A stretch of 64,000 nt of DNA. It comes from Leidyana gryllorum EB-2025a. Taxonomy: Eukaryota; Protista; Apicomplexa. This document shows positions 12,540-25,499 of this stretch, piece after piece. The translations under genes and the position numbers were made by a program. The stretch's first letter is position 1; the number at the start of each line of letters is the position of its first letter. The notes beneath the pieces are model-generated. The model did no database searches, was not told where the DNA came from, and saw only the letters and a program-made list of their open reading frames with translations. The DNA is taken from positions 124,001-188,000 of the forward strand of contig JBLWGC010000140.1 in NCBI GenBank assembly GCA_048772705.1, given 5' to 3'.

Positions 12540-14314
12540 ACGTTTGCGACTTCACTTGCCGGAGCATCCGACTTGTAGCCGCCCCGCCACCACGCGCTAC
12601 CGTTGTCGTTGGCTCAAGCAGCCTCAGCTGAGCTCTCAAGTACTCCACTGCGCCAAATGGACACTACCACCGGCAACTGATTCACTCACCCTGCGTCCGC
12701 TTGCAGCTCAACACCTGCTTGAAATTAGACACCATTTGATCCAAACGGCAGATCCGATGCTTTGTCTGCACAGCCATGGCAGAGGATAACTGCCACTAAT
12801 CACACCTTTGTTCGTCTAATCTCCATCTCCATTGCTTCGCTGTATCGCCGAGCATGGATTCGTGATGCCTATGTGTATCAAGCCGTCGCTAAAAGAGAAT
12901 GACCACCCACTCGTTCCTCTAGCTTTATATCCCACATACGATCTCGAAGAATTCGCGTGAATCTTGCAAGCCGCCGCTCTAATCCACTCTCTCACTGAAA
13001 TCAGCCCACTTCACTCACCAGCATCCAAAGCCCGGTTCACACAACCTTCTACTTCGTCCAGATGAATAATCAGCCTCTGCAACGCTTCAAGAACATTCTC
13101 CAACCGTCTCCCGAAACAGAGCAGAGTGTCGTCCACCAAAGGCACACATTCATGATCTTCCTATCGGAAAATTAGGCCGTAGTGGCGACCACCACCCCTT
13201 TACCCAGTCGCTAGAGTCACTGGACGACAGTACACAGTCCACCAAGGGAGGCATCATGTGTCTCCGCGTGTGCACACGATTTTTCAACTCTCGCTAGTGC
13301 CGCAACTACGCTATCAACGCCTCTGACTCGTCCTGGGTTCTACCAATCTCCACCGTGTACCACCGGCCGACTTACTCTACTGTTCGCCGTTTCCCGCCTT
13401 CCATGACCAGATCGATCATCCAATCTGATGGTGGTTGAGCCTCAACCCTCCTGGAGCAGGAGCAGTCAATGAGCAAGAACAAGTGCCTAGCCCAAGCACC
13501 AAGCTGCGGCGCAGTGGCCCTCTTGTAACCCACGAAATCACAAAAAGGTCTGAAACATGTCTGTCGCAGGCCAGCTGGGGTCAACAAGTGGGAGAGCAAC
13601 AAGACTGTGGCTTCGTCTGGTGCCCTCACCGACCGAAGGGCCGATAAGGTCGCAGCCAACTCGCGGCAAAATGGCTACACTGGGAATCTGTGACTTCTTA
13701 GAAGCACACCCCGCTCTACAAAAAGCTCAAACAGATCGTTGATATGTTAGTTGACTAAAGTACTTTGTTTGTCGGTGGCGTTGCGGATGAAAAGGAAGCT
13801 ACCTATATTGGGGAGTTGATTTTTGGTGTCTGGCCAAATTGGGTAGAAGAAGAGTTGTGAAAAAAAGTTACAGTACATTCTTTGGATTGGATGGCCGCTG
13901 GGATGGCAAGTGGGGGGAGGGCTCCACAAGTGATGCGAGGGCCTGGAGGGTTGGTTATTTCATTTTCTCCAATAGGGCGTCCAAGTAGTGAATCTGTCAC
14001 TCGCTGTCCTTTTGGTTGGTGCGCTGGTTGTTGTCCCACTTCTACCCCACAGGTTCCGGTGTCGTCCCCGTCCAAGTGATTGCGCCCGCCTGTACCAATT
14101 GGGAGAAAAGGTCGATTGCTTCTTGAATCTTTTCTCGGGTTTGGAGGGTGGCAGGTTGATCTTTCGCTCGAACAAGTTTTTGACGAACAGTCTGAATTGC
14201 CGCTTCCCGTGTCTTGGGATCGCTTCCAGGCTGCGCCAGGAGCGTTAATAGATTGGAGTCCTGCAACAAGAGGGAGACAGCTTTATCTGGCTGTACCATA
14301 TAGAAAATATCCAT
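12540..14314 (-). CDS. Hypothetical multi-exon helical protein(s); boundaries uncertain
   Basis: Several short protein-like minus-strand exons (14314-14050, 13680-13375, 13160-13020 and others) bounded by GT/AG; no domain recognised. Confidence 0.4.
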
Positions 14315-14442
14315 CAGAGTTTGTATCTGAAGTCAAAATGATAATTGATATTATAGAAGGAGCGAAGGAGTGACGTGAAGCGAGTCGAGCGTGTGAACAT
14401 TCATCTCAAAGAGACACCACTTAAAGCGACAATATATCGGTG

Positions 14443-15287
14443 TCAAGTCAACGCATCAAATCGAAAAGCAGTATTCACACTTTGATCGAAACACAACAAA
14501 TTCCATCCCACCTGCAATGCTTGTTCCTGTATATCCCGTTTCAATTGCTCTTGTTTCGCAACCAACCGCTTCTGAAGCAGCTGACACTGCGTAAGAAAAT
14601 GAGACACATATAGTCTCACACAAGGGTCGAACTCACCATTGCAACGTATCGCGGCCCAAACTCGCTTGGTGAGGTATGTTGGACTGCCAGGTGCGTCTTT
14701 GTTACCAGTGCACGGAGGACTTACAGTGTTCCTGCAGCGGGTGGCGGGGGGCCTCGGGGGCGGTGAGGATCGCGTTCTGCAGTCGGTCCGTTGGGGAACG
14801 GAAGACCAACTCGTCCTGCACCTCGTAGACTACACAGCTACTTCGTGGTACTTCTGGTGGCTTGATAGTGGTCAAGTCTTGCGTGTTGTCTGGATATAGC
14901 CTTAAGTAATGTTTCAGCTCAATAGGCTTTTCATCCGGTTCAATGAAGAATATCTTTGCAGTTATCTCAAACTCGCCCCACCCTACTTCTTCTACTTGAA
15001 ACGGTGGATGTTCCACAGTGCGGGTAGGTTGAGGGAACGACGGGTGCAGATTGAAGGTCACCTTCCTGACAAAGGCGCCCAGGTCGCGGTTGGGCTGCGT
15101 AGCCCGCAAAAGACAGGTCCATTCATGTGTATAGCCATCATTCCGTGCCTTTCGTCGCTCAAGTTCCTGTCAGAAATCCGCGCGGAGACACGTGTGCACA
15201 CGTGCTGGCCTTGGCTAAGCTCACCTTGGAAGTGAACATAAAGGCGTAGGTGCCCATAACGATAGGTTGGGTGATGACAGGGTCCAT
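14443..15287 (-). CDS. YEATS4: YEATS-domain protein (Yaf9/GAS41)
   Basis: PIVMGTYA, YTHEWT, FVRKVTFNLHPSFPQPTRTVEHPPFQVEEVGWGEFEI, HYLRLYP and a C-terminal coiled coil. The 3' end is approximate. Confidence 0.9.
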
Positions 15288-16375
15288 TATCCGTTAGCGT
15301 TGCGAGCCCAGAAGCTTGCAATATATGTCCGCAAGTCTTGTCCGGAAGGTGTGACGGTGCAATTTTGCGTAACCTTCCTGAAATACCAGAGGTGTGGCAG
15401 GTTGAGCAGGACATCTAGTGTGTCTGAGCGTATTTCAGTGAACTGTGCAGGCCGTTTTGAGGCTATTGGAGTGCCTATATCCCAACAGTTTTTCCAGCAG
15501 TCGGCATGTATATAGAATTTGCTAAGAGGTGGGGGTGGCCAGTGTTCGGGATCATCATGTGGTGAGAGGAAGTTGTGGCTGACTTGGTGAGCGAGCTTTT
15601 CTGGGCCTATGAGTGAGACCAAGGCGCAGACTGGCCATATCTCGTCTGGTGCTGCTCTGAGTGTTTTTGCTGGCGCTATTTGTTTCCGTGCCCAGGGTTT
15701 CTGTACCCACAAATCTGGATTATCGACAAGAAGGCGTGCGTGTTGGCGCGACAAGACTCCCCACTGCGAAGTTTTGGGGCAGCGACCTTGGAAGTCTGGG
15801 CTCTCAACACGTAAGAAAGATTTAGAGACATTGAGGAGAGAGTACATCTCGGCGAAGGTGGCGACTGGGATGCTGGTCCCGGATACTAAACTGATCCACC
15901 CATTCTCTCCCTCTTCGCTATCGTTGACAAGGAGTCGTCTTCGTCGCCGCCTGCGTTCGTTGAGTGGGTATATATTGTCATGAACAGCCTGGTCATCATC
16001 TTGATTTTCATTCAAAGCGTGGGCTAGTAGCCTGTGAGTACAGGGGTTGAGTCGTCCCCAGGCGCAATCGGTTTCGGGGAAAGGTACCATTGAAGACCAC
16101 GACGGGGCTGGGAGGAGATCGGGTGTCAAGTCGGCGAAATCTTGTGCATGAATGTAACCACGTAACACAGAGGCTGGTTCATCAGTTAGCTTAGCAACAT
16201 CTTTGATCCACGTATGGGCTTGACGAGCCCAATCATCCCACAGACGGCTCTGCAGGACGCCGCCTTTGGCCAAAAAGGCAATGACCAGACTGGGATGACG
16301 GTGGTGCATATGTGTGCGCGCGCGAGTCAGCGATCCTAGAACAAGGGTGAACCAAAAGGAGGAAATCCCACACAT
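15287..16375 (-). CDS. Core-2/I-branching-like glycosyltransferase (GT14/DUF266)
   Basis: IAFLAKG..LWDDW, YIHA, WG..RLLAHAL, LVSGTSIPVATF, KTSQWGVLSRQHA, APDE, FRKV. Start is 16375 or 16309. Confidence 0.8.
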   Translation of the reverse strand: MCGISSFWFTLVLGSLTRARTHMHHRHPSLVIAFLAKGGVLQSRLWDDWARQAHTWIKDVAKLTDEPASVLRGYIHAQDFADLTPDLLPAPSWSSMVPFPETDCAWGRLNPCTHRLLAHALNENQDDDQAVHDNIYPLNERRRRRRRLLVNDSEEGENGWISLVSGTSIPVATFAEMYSLLNVSKSFLRVESPDFQGRCPKTSQWGVLSRQHARLLVDNPDLWVQKPWARKQIAPAKTLRAAPDEIWPVCALVSLIGPEKLAHQVSHNFLSPHDDPEHWPPPPLSKFYIHADCWKNCWDIGTPIASKRPAQFTEIRSDTLDVLLNLPHLWYFRKVTQNCTVTPSGQDLRTYIASFWARNANG

Positions 16376-17713
16376 GTAGACACTGATGATAAGGGTAGTG
16401 ACAGAGGGAGTACTAAAGACCCGTCTCCCTCCGCGGCATCCAGGGATGGAGATAAAACAGCATAAGATGGCGGCTCTTCATCGTAACTCGGGGACGAAGA
16501 GGGACTGCTAAAGTCAGCATTCATATTTTGAATGCTCGAGGATTTGCGCTCGCCATGCCTTGTGGAGGTCGATGCCGTAGTTGATGGTGAGGTGGAACTG
16601 CTCAGGTGATGCGCCAATGGCAACAAACTGCCGCCATTTATCGCCGTCGCACGATTCAAAGAGTCGCTCGCACTCCACCACTCTAAGCTGCTCTCGCAGC
16701 AAAGTGTGTTGTCAATTAACAAACGCTCCAACAGCATTGCGGATTCCATATCGAGATCATTCTGGCTGTTGCACCCTCCCTTCATTTGCGACACCAAGCG
16801 CTCTAACAAGAACGCCACCGCCAGATCCAGACGACTCGGCGGCCTTTGAGCTGGCGCCGGAGTCGGACGCAGAATGGGTGGTGAGTGCGGTCCCGTTACA
16901 CTTGTTGTCATCGTAGTATTAGTAGCATTGTTACCCGCCGCCCTAACACGCAATAGAGCTGTAGCCACCGCCTCCTCAGTCGGCTTGGCCCAGCTGGCGC
17001 TCGACTTTCTCTGTTGTTGATGTCGCTGCTCCTTCTGATTAACGCTCTGCAGATTCAATACCACAGGAGAACCACTTTTTTGACCGCTTTTGCCACTTTG
17101 TCCCTCCCTGAAATACAGAAGGAACTGGTGTTCCGGAGTGAAACGACGTTTGTATACTTACAGACGTGGGCGTAAGTCGCTAATTCCGTGCGCGTATCGG
17201 CAGCGTGCCCCCAAGAAGCAACCGCCTGATAAATGTCAACTCTGACCACACGTGTGTCTCCACACACACAATATATAAGACCAGAACTAACTGTGTTCCG
17301 ACCGTATCACACTCATGGAGCGATGTTCAGATCACTCACTGATAACTCACCTTTCATCCAAAACATGCAAAGCGAGGTCTTGAACACATCACTAGTGGCG
17401 CGGAGCTCACTACGACCGTGCGCAAACCGACAAGCTCGGTCGTTACACTCTCGACGCTCGGTGATCGAAGGGCATAACTTGGTCTTGGTTAGATCGACCG
17501 AAGCTCGGACCTCTTGAGTAGAATGAGCCCAGTTGCAGTCAGATCCCAAACGGCACGATCCTTCAAGGTGCCAAGGACACCTGCCAATACACACAGTTGA
17601 ATCAATCAATCACCGATTTCCACTTACAACTTGGTTTTGTAGAAAGTCGTTGCCTTCGGGGTCCGCTTACGGTGGGCCGCTCGAGAACATGGAGGCGTGG
17701 AAGGTGATATCAT
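16336..17713 (-). CDS. Triple CCCH zinc-finger RNA-binding protein
   Basis: FYKTKLCPWHLEGSCRLGSDCNWAH, LTKTKLCPSITERRECNDRACRFAH and VFKTSLCMFWMKGGCFLGARCRYAH across 3 introns. Confidence 0.9.
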
Positions 17714-18155
17714 GTAGTGTGTAGTAGATACACAAAAGAAGAGAAGGTCACACTCAAGTGCGTCAGTCAATCAATCGACCGTCTCGCCGCTTTCGTGAAC
17801 AATCAAACAGCGACTAAGAGATGATCAAATGTTCGAATACACACTGAAGAGAGTGGAAGAGAGAGAGAGAGAGAAAGAGATAAAATGGGATTGATGAAAA
17901 CTATAGGATCGGTGTAGTTGACTATAGGAATCACACAATTTAATGCAAGCAGTGACGTGGTGCAAACGGGAGACGACGACTAATCGGCGCGCGTAGAAAC
18001 AAATCGGAGTTTAGTCTAAGTGTGAGACCGTGAAGTGAACAGATTTGATGTATCGGACCAAAGGTATATCAATCTCCCTCAGTGTCCGTCAAGAAGGAAT
18101 GCAGACAAATAAAGCCATATAATTGCTGAAATCTAAGTAATTAACAGCCGGCCCA

Positions 18156-20381
18156 TTAAGGTCGCAGCCTCAAATCTTCATCTACTCTGCACTTGGCTTT
18201 TTTATGCTCTGGAGAGTAACCACTCTCCTGAGACTGCTGCTGATCAGGATCACCGGGAGATCGACCCCTTTTCAAACTCAATCGCCCCACCTCCACATCG
18301 CAATCTTCCCCCCGCTCTTCCTCCTCACCATCATCAACATCCACTGTCTCCAGCCTAGAGTTCCCCTGCTGCTTCCGCTCCTGCTCCCTGTAGTATTCGG
18401 CATTCATAACTGTCCCGGACACATTCTCATTCGCTTGCGCGATCACACAACTGTAGTCAGCCGCCGTCTTCTCCGCGAAATGTGCATTCGTCGGCTCTTC
18501 AACCACAATCAGGTCAAACGACATCGCTGTCGCCGCCACAGCTGTCACTGATAGGATCATCCCGCTTTCGACTCCACAGTCGCTTAGACACCGATCCAAC
18601 AGCTCAGGGTCGTCCTCCAGTATGTCCGGGTCGTAAATTATCCCACTATCACTCTGAACAGTCACTTCGCCTTCGCACCCCAGTCGGTCCTTTAGTATCT
18701 TGTCGATGAAGTGACGCACGTCCCAACTCTGCCGTTAGAACCATACTGATTGATCTGTAAACATTGGGAACCCACCTTCAACGACATCACAGACACCTTC
18801 ACGCGTTTCTGTTGACATACAAAGCAAGTCGGCTTCGGCCCATCCAGCTTCTCCGGAAACAAGATGTATCCCGCCGTTGGAGTGTTTCGCACCCAAACCT
18901 GAAATACTACGTCTGCAACATTCTCCTACAAACTTGGCTTACGAATCTGACCCCGGCCTTGTCAACTGCCGCCTTGGTAATATCCCCCCCTTCGGCTTTG
19001 AGCTTCAAGATCTTCTTGGCTTGCTCAACTTGCAGACCAGCTACCATGGCGTTCGTAGCAGCTATAGCGGGCTGTATGGAGCCCGCGATACTCTTAGTGG
19101 CCCACAATGACTGCGAACATGATGTGTCTCCCATCACACACGTGTGCGGCCATAACAACGCGACGTAAAAGCGCAACATCGAACAACGACTAAGACTCAC
19201 TATTGGATCGATATGATAATTCATCATGCGCAGTACAGCAGCAGCCGCGACGAATGCCATCGCCACGTCATCATCTTTATCAAACTTAACTTCCTCGGCG
19301 CTGAGCGGTGACTGTACTCCGGGCATGGCGGTGGCTTACCGTTTCTTCAGCGACGCTGCCGCGTCGAGGAACATAGCTAAGTTCCGTTCGACACTCAGAA
19401 CAACCTGGGCTTCCTTCTGAGTTGCCTTTACGATCGATTTACCATCTCCAAGACCGCTCAAGTCAATTCTGTTTGACTTCTCTCTGACTGGTATGGGCCT
19501 AAGGGTGGGAAAGGACATGAGTGAATGTATTTCGCGACTGGCGACATACTTAGGGGCCGTGGAGGGGTCTGCGAAATCGGCTGTCGCAGCCAGTTGTGCA
19601 ATAGAGGTGTCAAAAAGCGCTGTAGCCATTGAGAGTGCATACTCGGATAAATCCGCACTATGGGCTTCAGCCTGCAGAGAAGGGCATTAATTATCACAGG
19701 CACCTTCGTCCACACGAAACCTACCATCAGGGTCTCAGAGAGGTCCGCTAAGACATTGTTGCTGTCCGGAGGTCCATATATGACTTCAAGAAGATATCGA
19801 CCCCAAGCGACGCAATGCTCGGGTTTCTCCGGGGTCAAACGGACTGTACAGACTGGAAAGGTTTCCGGGACGGGCTGATCACGGCATTCAAAACACTCAG
19901 TTCCGACTTTGGACCAAATAGGAAAGACTTGACCGTTATTGCCAGTTGACCCCGACTCTATGAGAGGCAGGTCTGTGGGGGGGATTCACTTTTAGTCGCG
20001 GTAGTTGGAAGGCTCACCTTGAGCCACACAAATGCGATTGACATAGCGGCGTGCTTCGAAGTTATCCAAGGCATTCATCACTATGTCTTGGTTGGCGAAC
20101 ACCTCCATAGGAAGATTCTGAACCCGGTCCCCATGGATTGTGATGGATAGTTTGGCGGCTTCATCCGGAGAGAGATAGCGACGTACGGCTCGGGCAGCGA
20201 CAACTGCCTTCCCATGCCCCACATCATTCTTCCTGAATAGGAACTGACGGTTGAGATTGGATACGTCTATCGAGTCCAGGTCCACGACCGTTAGTTTGCG
20301 AACCCCACTTAACACTAGATTTTTCAACAGCTCGCAACCAATGCCCCCGGCACCAACGACCAAAACCCGTACATTCTCCAT
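18156..20381 (-). CDS. UBA2: SUMO-activating enzyme subunit 2
   Basis: VLVVGAGGIGCELLKNL, DSIDVSNLNRQFLF, FPVCTVRLTPEKPEHC (catalytic Cys), FDKDDD, IAGSIQPAIAATNA and Zn-binding CxxC pairs. Confidence 0.93.
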
Positions 20382-20395
20382 CTCGTGTCAGAAAA

Positions 20396-22594
20396 CTATT
20401 GTGAATGAGCTGTTTTCAATTGTTCTGTGTCATAATCAGGGTCCCGATATAATGTCCCCAGCTTGACACTAGCGTCAAACTCTGTAGCCGTTTCAGCATG
20501 AAGCCGCTTGACGACTTCAGCGAGCAGCTGAAATCACAGAGTTTGGATATGCAACAATCCTTTCGTACCTTTGAGATGTTTAGTATCTTCAATTTGTTTG
20601 ATACCACATTTGATGGTATCTCGATAGTATTGGTCAATAAGACTTCCTCAGCTTCGCACTTGTCCAGCCGAGCTACAGCTCCTTGGCTCAGTACCCCGTG
20701 GGACGCATAAATGAATATTCGTCGGGCACCGGCGGCCTTGCAGGCCCGCACCGCATTGCTCGCCCGGACACCTGTGTCAATGATGTCATCTACAATTATA
20801 CAATCACGGCCTTCTACATCCCCAACAAAGTACGTCTTGTTGGTACCACTCGGGAACGCTGGTTCTGTGCTTCGAGACTTGAACCGTCCAGGAGTGGTCA
20901 TGGAAGTGGCAATCTCTTCCGACGCTCGAACTCGATCGGGTCGATTGGACACCACCGTGGCCAAGCTGTATCCAGACATCATAGATGTGGTAGAGCGCGG
21001 ACTATAGAAATCTTACCCAACGTCAGGTCGCACCTTCTTCAATCTCGACCAAAACAGCTTTGCGCGTTCACCAGCTGTGTTTTCCGTAGCCACGATCACT
21101 GGAGCTTTCAGATTCTGCAATCAAGGGTGTGCTTGAGTCAGCCATGCGCTGGTACACACACGTGTGTGCGTCTCCCAGTACTTACCTTCTTGTTCAGATA
21201 TCGAATAGCCAATGACTGCGGCAGCAGATTGGTTACTGGAATGGGTTCGGGGAAGAACGCCACTGCCCGTGGAGCATGCAGATCGACAAAGACCACTCTA
21301 TCAACTCCAAGGGTATGTATTATCTGCAATGACGATTTGGTGGTGTGGTCGCAGAAAGGTTCTACTTACCCGAGCCATATCACAGACGGCCAGGGGACGA
21401 GCGTGGAGAGGATCGATGTGCTCCTGACGGCTGTATGCCATGTAGGGCAGGACAGCAGTAATGCGCTCGGCAGATGCCCTGCGCAGAGCCGAGATGGTGA
21501 GAAAGAGTTCCATGACGTGAGAATGTAGGGACAACCCAGTTGAGGCGTTGGGAACGGATTGAAAGACATAAACGTCACGACTTCGAACATCATCCAAAAT
21601 GTCCAGTGAAACCTCTCCATCAGCGAATCGCGTGATCTTCATGCGGCCCAACTGGAGAGAAAGGGTTCCATGTTGTGCGGTGATGCTGCGCTGACTTACT
21701 GACATATTGAGGTGGGCACAGACCTCGCGGGCGAGCTCCACATTAGCGGAACCTGAGAAGAGCATCATACCAGATTCCTCCCCCAGACTCTGATAGTACT
21801 CTTCTCCACTGTGATTGTGCCATGAGAACGGATGGCCATTTGTCCATTGCTCACCTTGTTTTCCGTTTATCAGTTCCCCCCTCTGACTTGTCGGTGGTCT
21901 TCGCCTTATTGGCATTTTCAGTCGATTGGTTTTGGCTCTTCTTAGCCTTCTCAGGTTTCTCCTCATCCACGCCTTCGATTGGATTCCCCGCGAGTGTTTG
22001 GATATACTCCCCTGGTTGCAGATTTCCGATACCGATCTCGACACTTTCGAGCTTGTTAGCGGTCGGTTCCGCCTCCTGCAACTGCTTTCTGAGCTCAGCG
22101 GCTATCTTGATTGCCTTCCTGATGTCTGGTTCGTAGACCAGAGCCGCAAGCAACATAACAGCAGCAACAGAAGCGATGCCGGCCAGTTTAAGTCGCAGAA
22201 GCCTGCGGGCGCTGGATGATTGCTCTCAAAGGCCGTTAACATACCCAATGTCTTCCTGATCATCCGCTTTATTGTCGGCTGACTCTTCTTCTTCAGTGTC
22301 GGCCGAGGAAGAAACATCCACTGCGAGATTGGGAAGCCTTCGCAAGTCTTTGCATAATTCTCGGGTGCGTTTCAGTGGGTTTGGTAGAATAATGACTTTG
22401 TGAGGAATAGTGAAGCCGGCTGCTTGGAGGAAATTGGGCTGGGGAGGAGTTGGGGTCCCGCCTTGGTCCATGGCCTCCAGGGCCTTTCTAGCCTTTTCGG
22501 CCGATTCTATATCGCCGCTTCTCCGCACTGAAGAACTAAGCAGTCGGCTGGACAGCCATAAGCACTGGCCGGGAGCACAAGACGTGGACAACAT
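20396..22594 (-). CDS. PRPS: Ribose-phosphate pyrophosphokinase with long N-terminal extension
   Basis: LFSGSANVELA, FADGEV, MELFLTISALRRASAERITAVLPYMAYSRQ, VDLHA, GDVEGRDCIIVDDIIDTG, YASHGVLS, TNTI. Joining of the N-terminal exons (22594-21850) is less certain. Confidence 0.9.
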
Positions 22595-22614
22595 GTCCAA
22601 ATTCTTGTTTTTGG

Positions 22615-23958
22615 ATGAGGTGGTGGTGGGCCGCTGTATGGGTTCTCCTGAGTGGGGTGGTTGGACTGGATACCAGCGGGTTGGACGAATGGATTAAGTC
22701 ATTCTGGAAGGAGCCTTTACCAGAAAAGCCGGAAGAACCACCCAGTCCGCCAAATGACCTCATAGTCATCATTGTTGATACATCTCGCTATTTCCACAAC
22801 TATCGTCACGTATCCAATGCTATAGCCTTTTACAGAATTGTGAAATGGTTGGGTGTGCCCGACAGTCAAGTGAGTCCGAAGACCTTTACGAGTGTGGGAC
22901 CCGTTGCTTTGTCAGATTCTCCTCTTCTTGGGAGAATGCTCTGCATGTGACCCGCGGAATCCTTTCCGTGGCCAGATGTTTATGGAAGCTGATCACAAGT
23001 ATGACATCTGGGGACGCCCTGGACTGGTAGATGTCGATTTCCTCAACACGCGTGTGCACTCCCAGACGTTCATGAAGCTCATAGCAGGTAAGCACACACG
23101 TGTGCGTACCTCGAATATCAATTCCGACGACACTGTTCAGACCGCGGGCCAGAGGACACTTTGGCCAGTCAACGATTACCCCTCCATCCTAATGCTAACG
23201 TTTTGTTGTATTTGACGGGCCATGGAGGTGATCTGTTTACCAAGTTTCAGGATTTCGACGAGCTATCGGGCGAAGAGATCAGCGAAGCAGTGCATCACCT
23301 ATACTTGAAGAATGGGTGGGTTGAATGAACTGTTGTCGTGATCGATTGGTCACTTTGACTTATATCAGGTTTCGTCAGTTCTTCATGATGATTGACAGTT
23401 GCCAAGCACTGACACTATCGAACGATTTTGTAACCCCAAATGTCTTGGGCTTTGGTAGCAGCATGAAGGATGAGAACGCGTATAGCTGCAACGACGATGA
23501 GCGGCTGGGGCAGTCGCTAATGGATCGGTGAGCTAGTGTTGGCTAGTAATACTGGTGTTCGTCTGGATGTAGGTTCACGTTCCAAACGGCGAAGATGTTC
23601 GAGCAATTCGAGTTGAGTCAAACCAATATGACCATCAAGCAGTTTGTCGACGGGCTCGACACCGGTAAGTGCATTCATTATCCTTGGCAGCGTATTGCTG
23701 TGCACCTGCTGATTTCTGTTCACACCCAAGTATCAACATATGTTTCCCAAGCTGTCTGTATATGATGTCTACGCTGTAGAGTATTTGATGGCTCCACCGG
23801 GTATTCGTGATGATCTGATGCCGAGACCTGTGAGTCGGGTTCGTTTGTTGGAGTTCATGAGTCATCCGCGTGTGGTGCCCTTGAATGAGAAGATTCGGGC
23901 GAAGACACGAGGGAAGCGTGCATATATTGAGGCGGCGCCGATCTTTTCGGCTGTGTGA
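22615..23958 (+). CDS. GPI8: GPI-anchor transamidase catalytic subunit (peptidase C13)
   Basis: Signal peptide, TSRYFHNYRHVSNA, ACDPRNPFRG, YLTGHGGD (His), MIDSCQA (Cys). Confidence 0.93.
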
Positions 23959-23966
23959 AAGCACTT

Positions 23967-24974
23967 TCAGAACCACGTGGCTGCCTGGGGAGGAGGTGTG
24001 TTGTGCGGAGCAGCGGAGTCCGTGACCTCCTCCTCGTCCTGCTGAGCTTGAGGATCTGCAGAGGTGTCTGGAACCTTGTCTTTATGGGTTGAGACTTTCT
24101 CGCGTTTGCAGACCCGAGATATAACATCTCTGAAGTTGCGGGTTCTCTGGACGACGAAGAGCTCTACATATCGAGCTGTGGCCAATCTGACGGGATCTGT
24201 GGGATTATCGGGCCACAAGGCTTCAGTGACTATTTCCACCATTTGCTGTCGGGCTGGGTTTTGCGGGAACCATGAACGGTACTCCACTAATATGAGGAAG
24301 AGAAGCTGGGAGAAAAGACGATATATTTGGCTCGAATTGCACGAATTCACACTCACCCTATTGCTCAGACTGTTCAATAGTTCATGGAATTGTTCCAAAA
24401 TGAGATATCCCAATGTTCCCTTGCCGTCATTCTGAACCTGATTGAGAATAGCTACGAGATCAACGTTGGCATCCGGATTTGCCGATATCCTATTCGCGGC
24501 TTTTGCCAATGGCTCTGTGGCCTGTTCCAGAACCGATGCCCAGACTTGTTTCTCATAAGCATTGAGTTTGATTTTCGGGGGGTCGATGAGGTACGGAATG
24601 GGTGAGCGGGTTCTGACATCGATTTGCGAGTTCACGAGATCCTTGAGCTCCTGACGGTAGACTTTGCATTTGAGAGTGAAGAATGTGGTATCCATTGTGC
24701 GATCGATGATATCCTCGACAGCTTTGCGTTTGGCGGTACGTGCTGGATCGATCGTAGGTACGTTGGCAGGTGGGGCACAGTTGAACATGTTCCGTGGTGA
24801 TGCTCTGCTGTAAAAGGTGTCGGGATGCGGTGCTGTGGTCCTTAGTCCGTGAGCGATCTCTGCGGTAGCGGCGGGGTTCCCTCCATCGGCTAGCATTGCG
24901 TTTGGGTCCATGGCGGTTTGCTGTGCAAACATTTGGATGAGGAGGCTGTAGTTGGGAGCCGGTTGGAGGTTCAT
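23967..24974 (-). CDS. Hypothetical helical protein
   Basis: Uninterrupted 335-codon ORF from ATG 24974; no domain recognised. Confidence 0.65.
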   Translation of the reverse strand: MNLQPAPNYSLLIQMFAQQTAMDPNAMLADGGNPAATAEIAHGLRTTAPHPDTFYSRASPRNMFNCAPPANVPTIDPARTAKRKAVEDIIDRTMDTTFFTLKCKVYRQELKDLVNSQIDVRTRSPIPYLIDPPKIKLNAYEKQVWASVLEQATEPLAKAANRISANPDANVDLVAILNQVQNDGKGTLGYLILEQFHELLNSLSNRVSVNSCNSSQIYRLFSQLLFLILVEYRSWFPQNPARQQMVEIVTEALWPDNPTDPVRLATARYVELFVVQRTRNFRDVISRVCKREKVSTHKDKVPDTSADPQAQQDEEEVTDSAAPHNTPPPQAATWF

Positions 24975-25048
24975 TGGAAGAACCAAATCGCTTTTGAAGC
25001 CTCTATAAAGAAAATGTATCAAGTTGCTACTCAAGTCTTTTTGAGCCT

Positions 25049-25486
25049 TTAGGCACAAATGCGTTCATATCGTTTGAGACTTGATATTATTTCTGGACGG
25101 GAAACGTGGCACACTTCGCCCACAACGATCATTTCATCCACAACCTGATAGGCTTTGTTGAAGTTGTAGAGATAGTCGGTTTCCTCGACATTGCCCAGAT
25201 ACTCCTCAAATATAGAGATCATCAGCATAAGTAGTTCCTTGGCCAGATATTCATTCTCATCGACGTCTAAACCCAAACAGTAATAAATACCGCGCTCCTG
25301 ATGGACCAATATTGGGCCTTTAGCGCTGTCACAGATACCGCTTCCCGCACTTATGGCCCCTTTCCGCTGTAACTTGACATAAAGCTCAGTCTCGAACCGC
25401 AAACGGTCCTCAGGAGTCAATGCTATCCACCAACGCGATAGCAGTATACGTCCTTGTGATCCCACTATCAACAGGAATTTGAGCAT
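25049..25486 (-). CDS. Adaptor protein complex small (sigma) subunit
   Basis: 145 aa; MLKFLLIVGSQGRILLSRWW, DENEYL, YLGNVEETDYLYNFNKAYQVVDEMIVVGEV. Confidence 0.9.
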   Translation of the reverse strand: MLKFLLIVGSQGRILLSRWWIALTPEDRLRFETELYVKLQRKGAISAGSGICDSAKGPILVHQERGIYYCLGLDVDENEYLAKELLMLMISIFEEYLGNVEETDYLYNFNKAYQVVDEMIVVGEVCHVSRPEIISSLKRYERICA

Positions 25487-25499
25487 CCAACGGCCAAAA

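Noticed and set aside
17858-17880. (GA)n tract, and (AT)n at ~44558-44572
   Set aside because: Ordinary microsatellites in non-coding DNA.
6685-20381. Functional chromatin/ubiquitin/SUMO gene cluster (RFTS, UBC2, JMJD5, YEATS, UBA2)
   Set aside because: These genes are interleaved with unrelated genes, and such categories are common in reduced genomes. There is no evidence of co-regulation.
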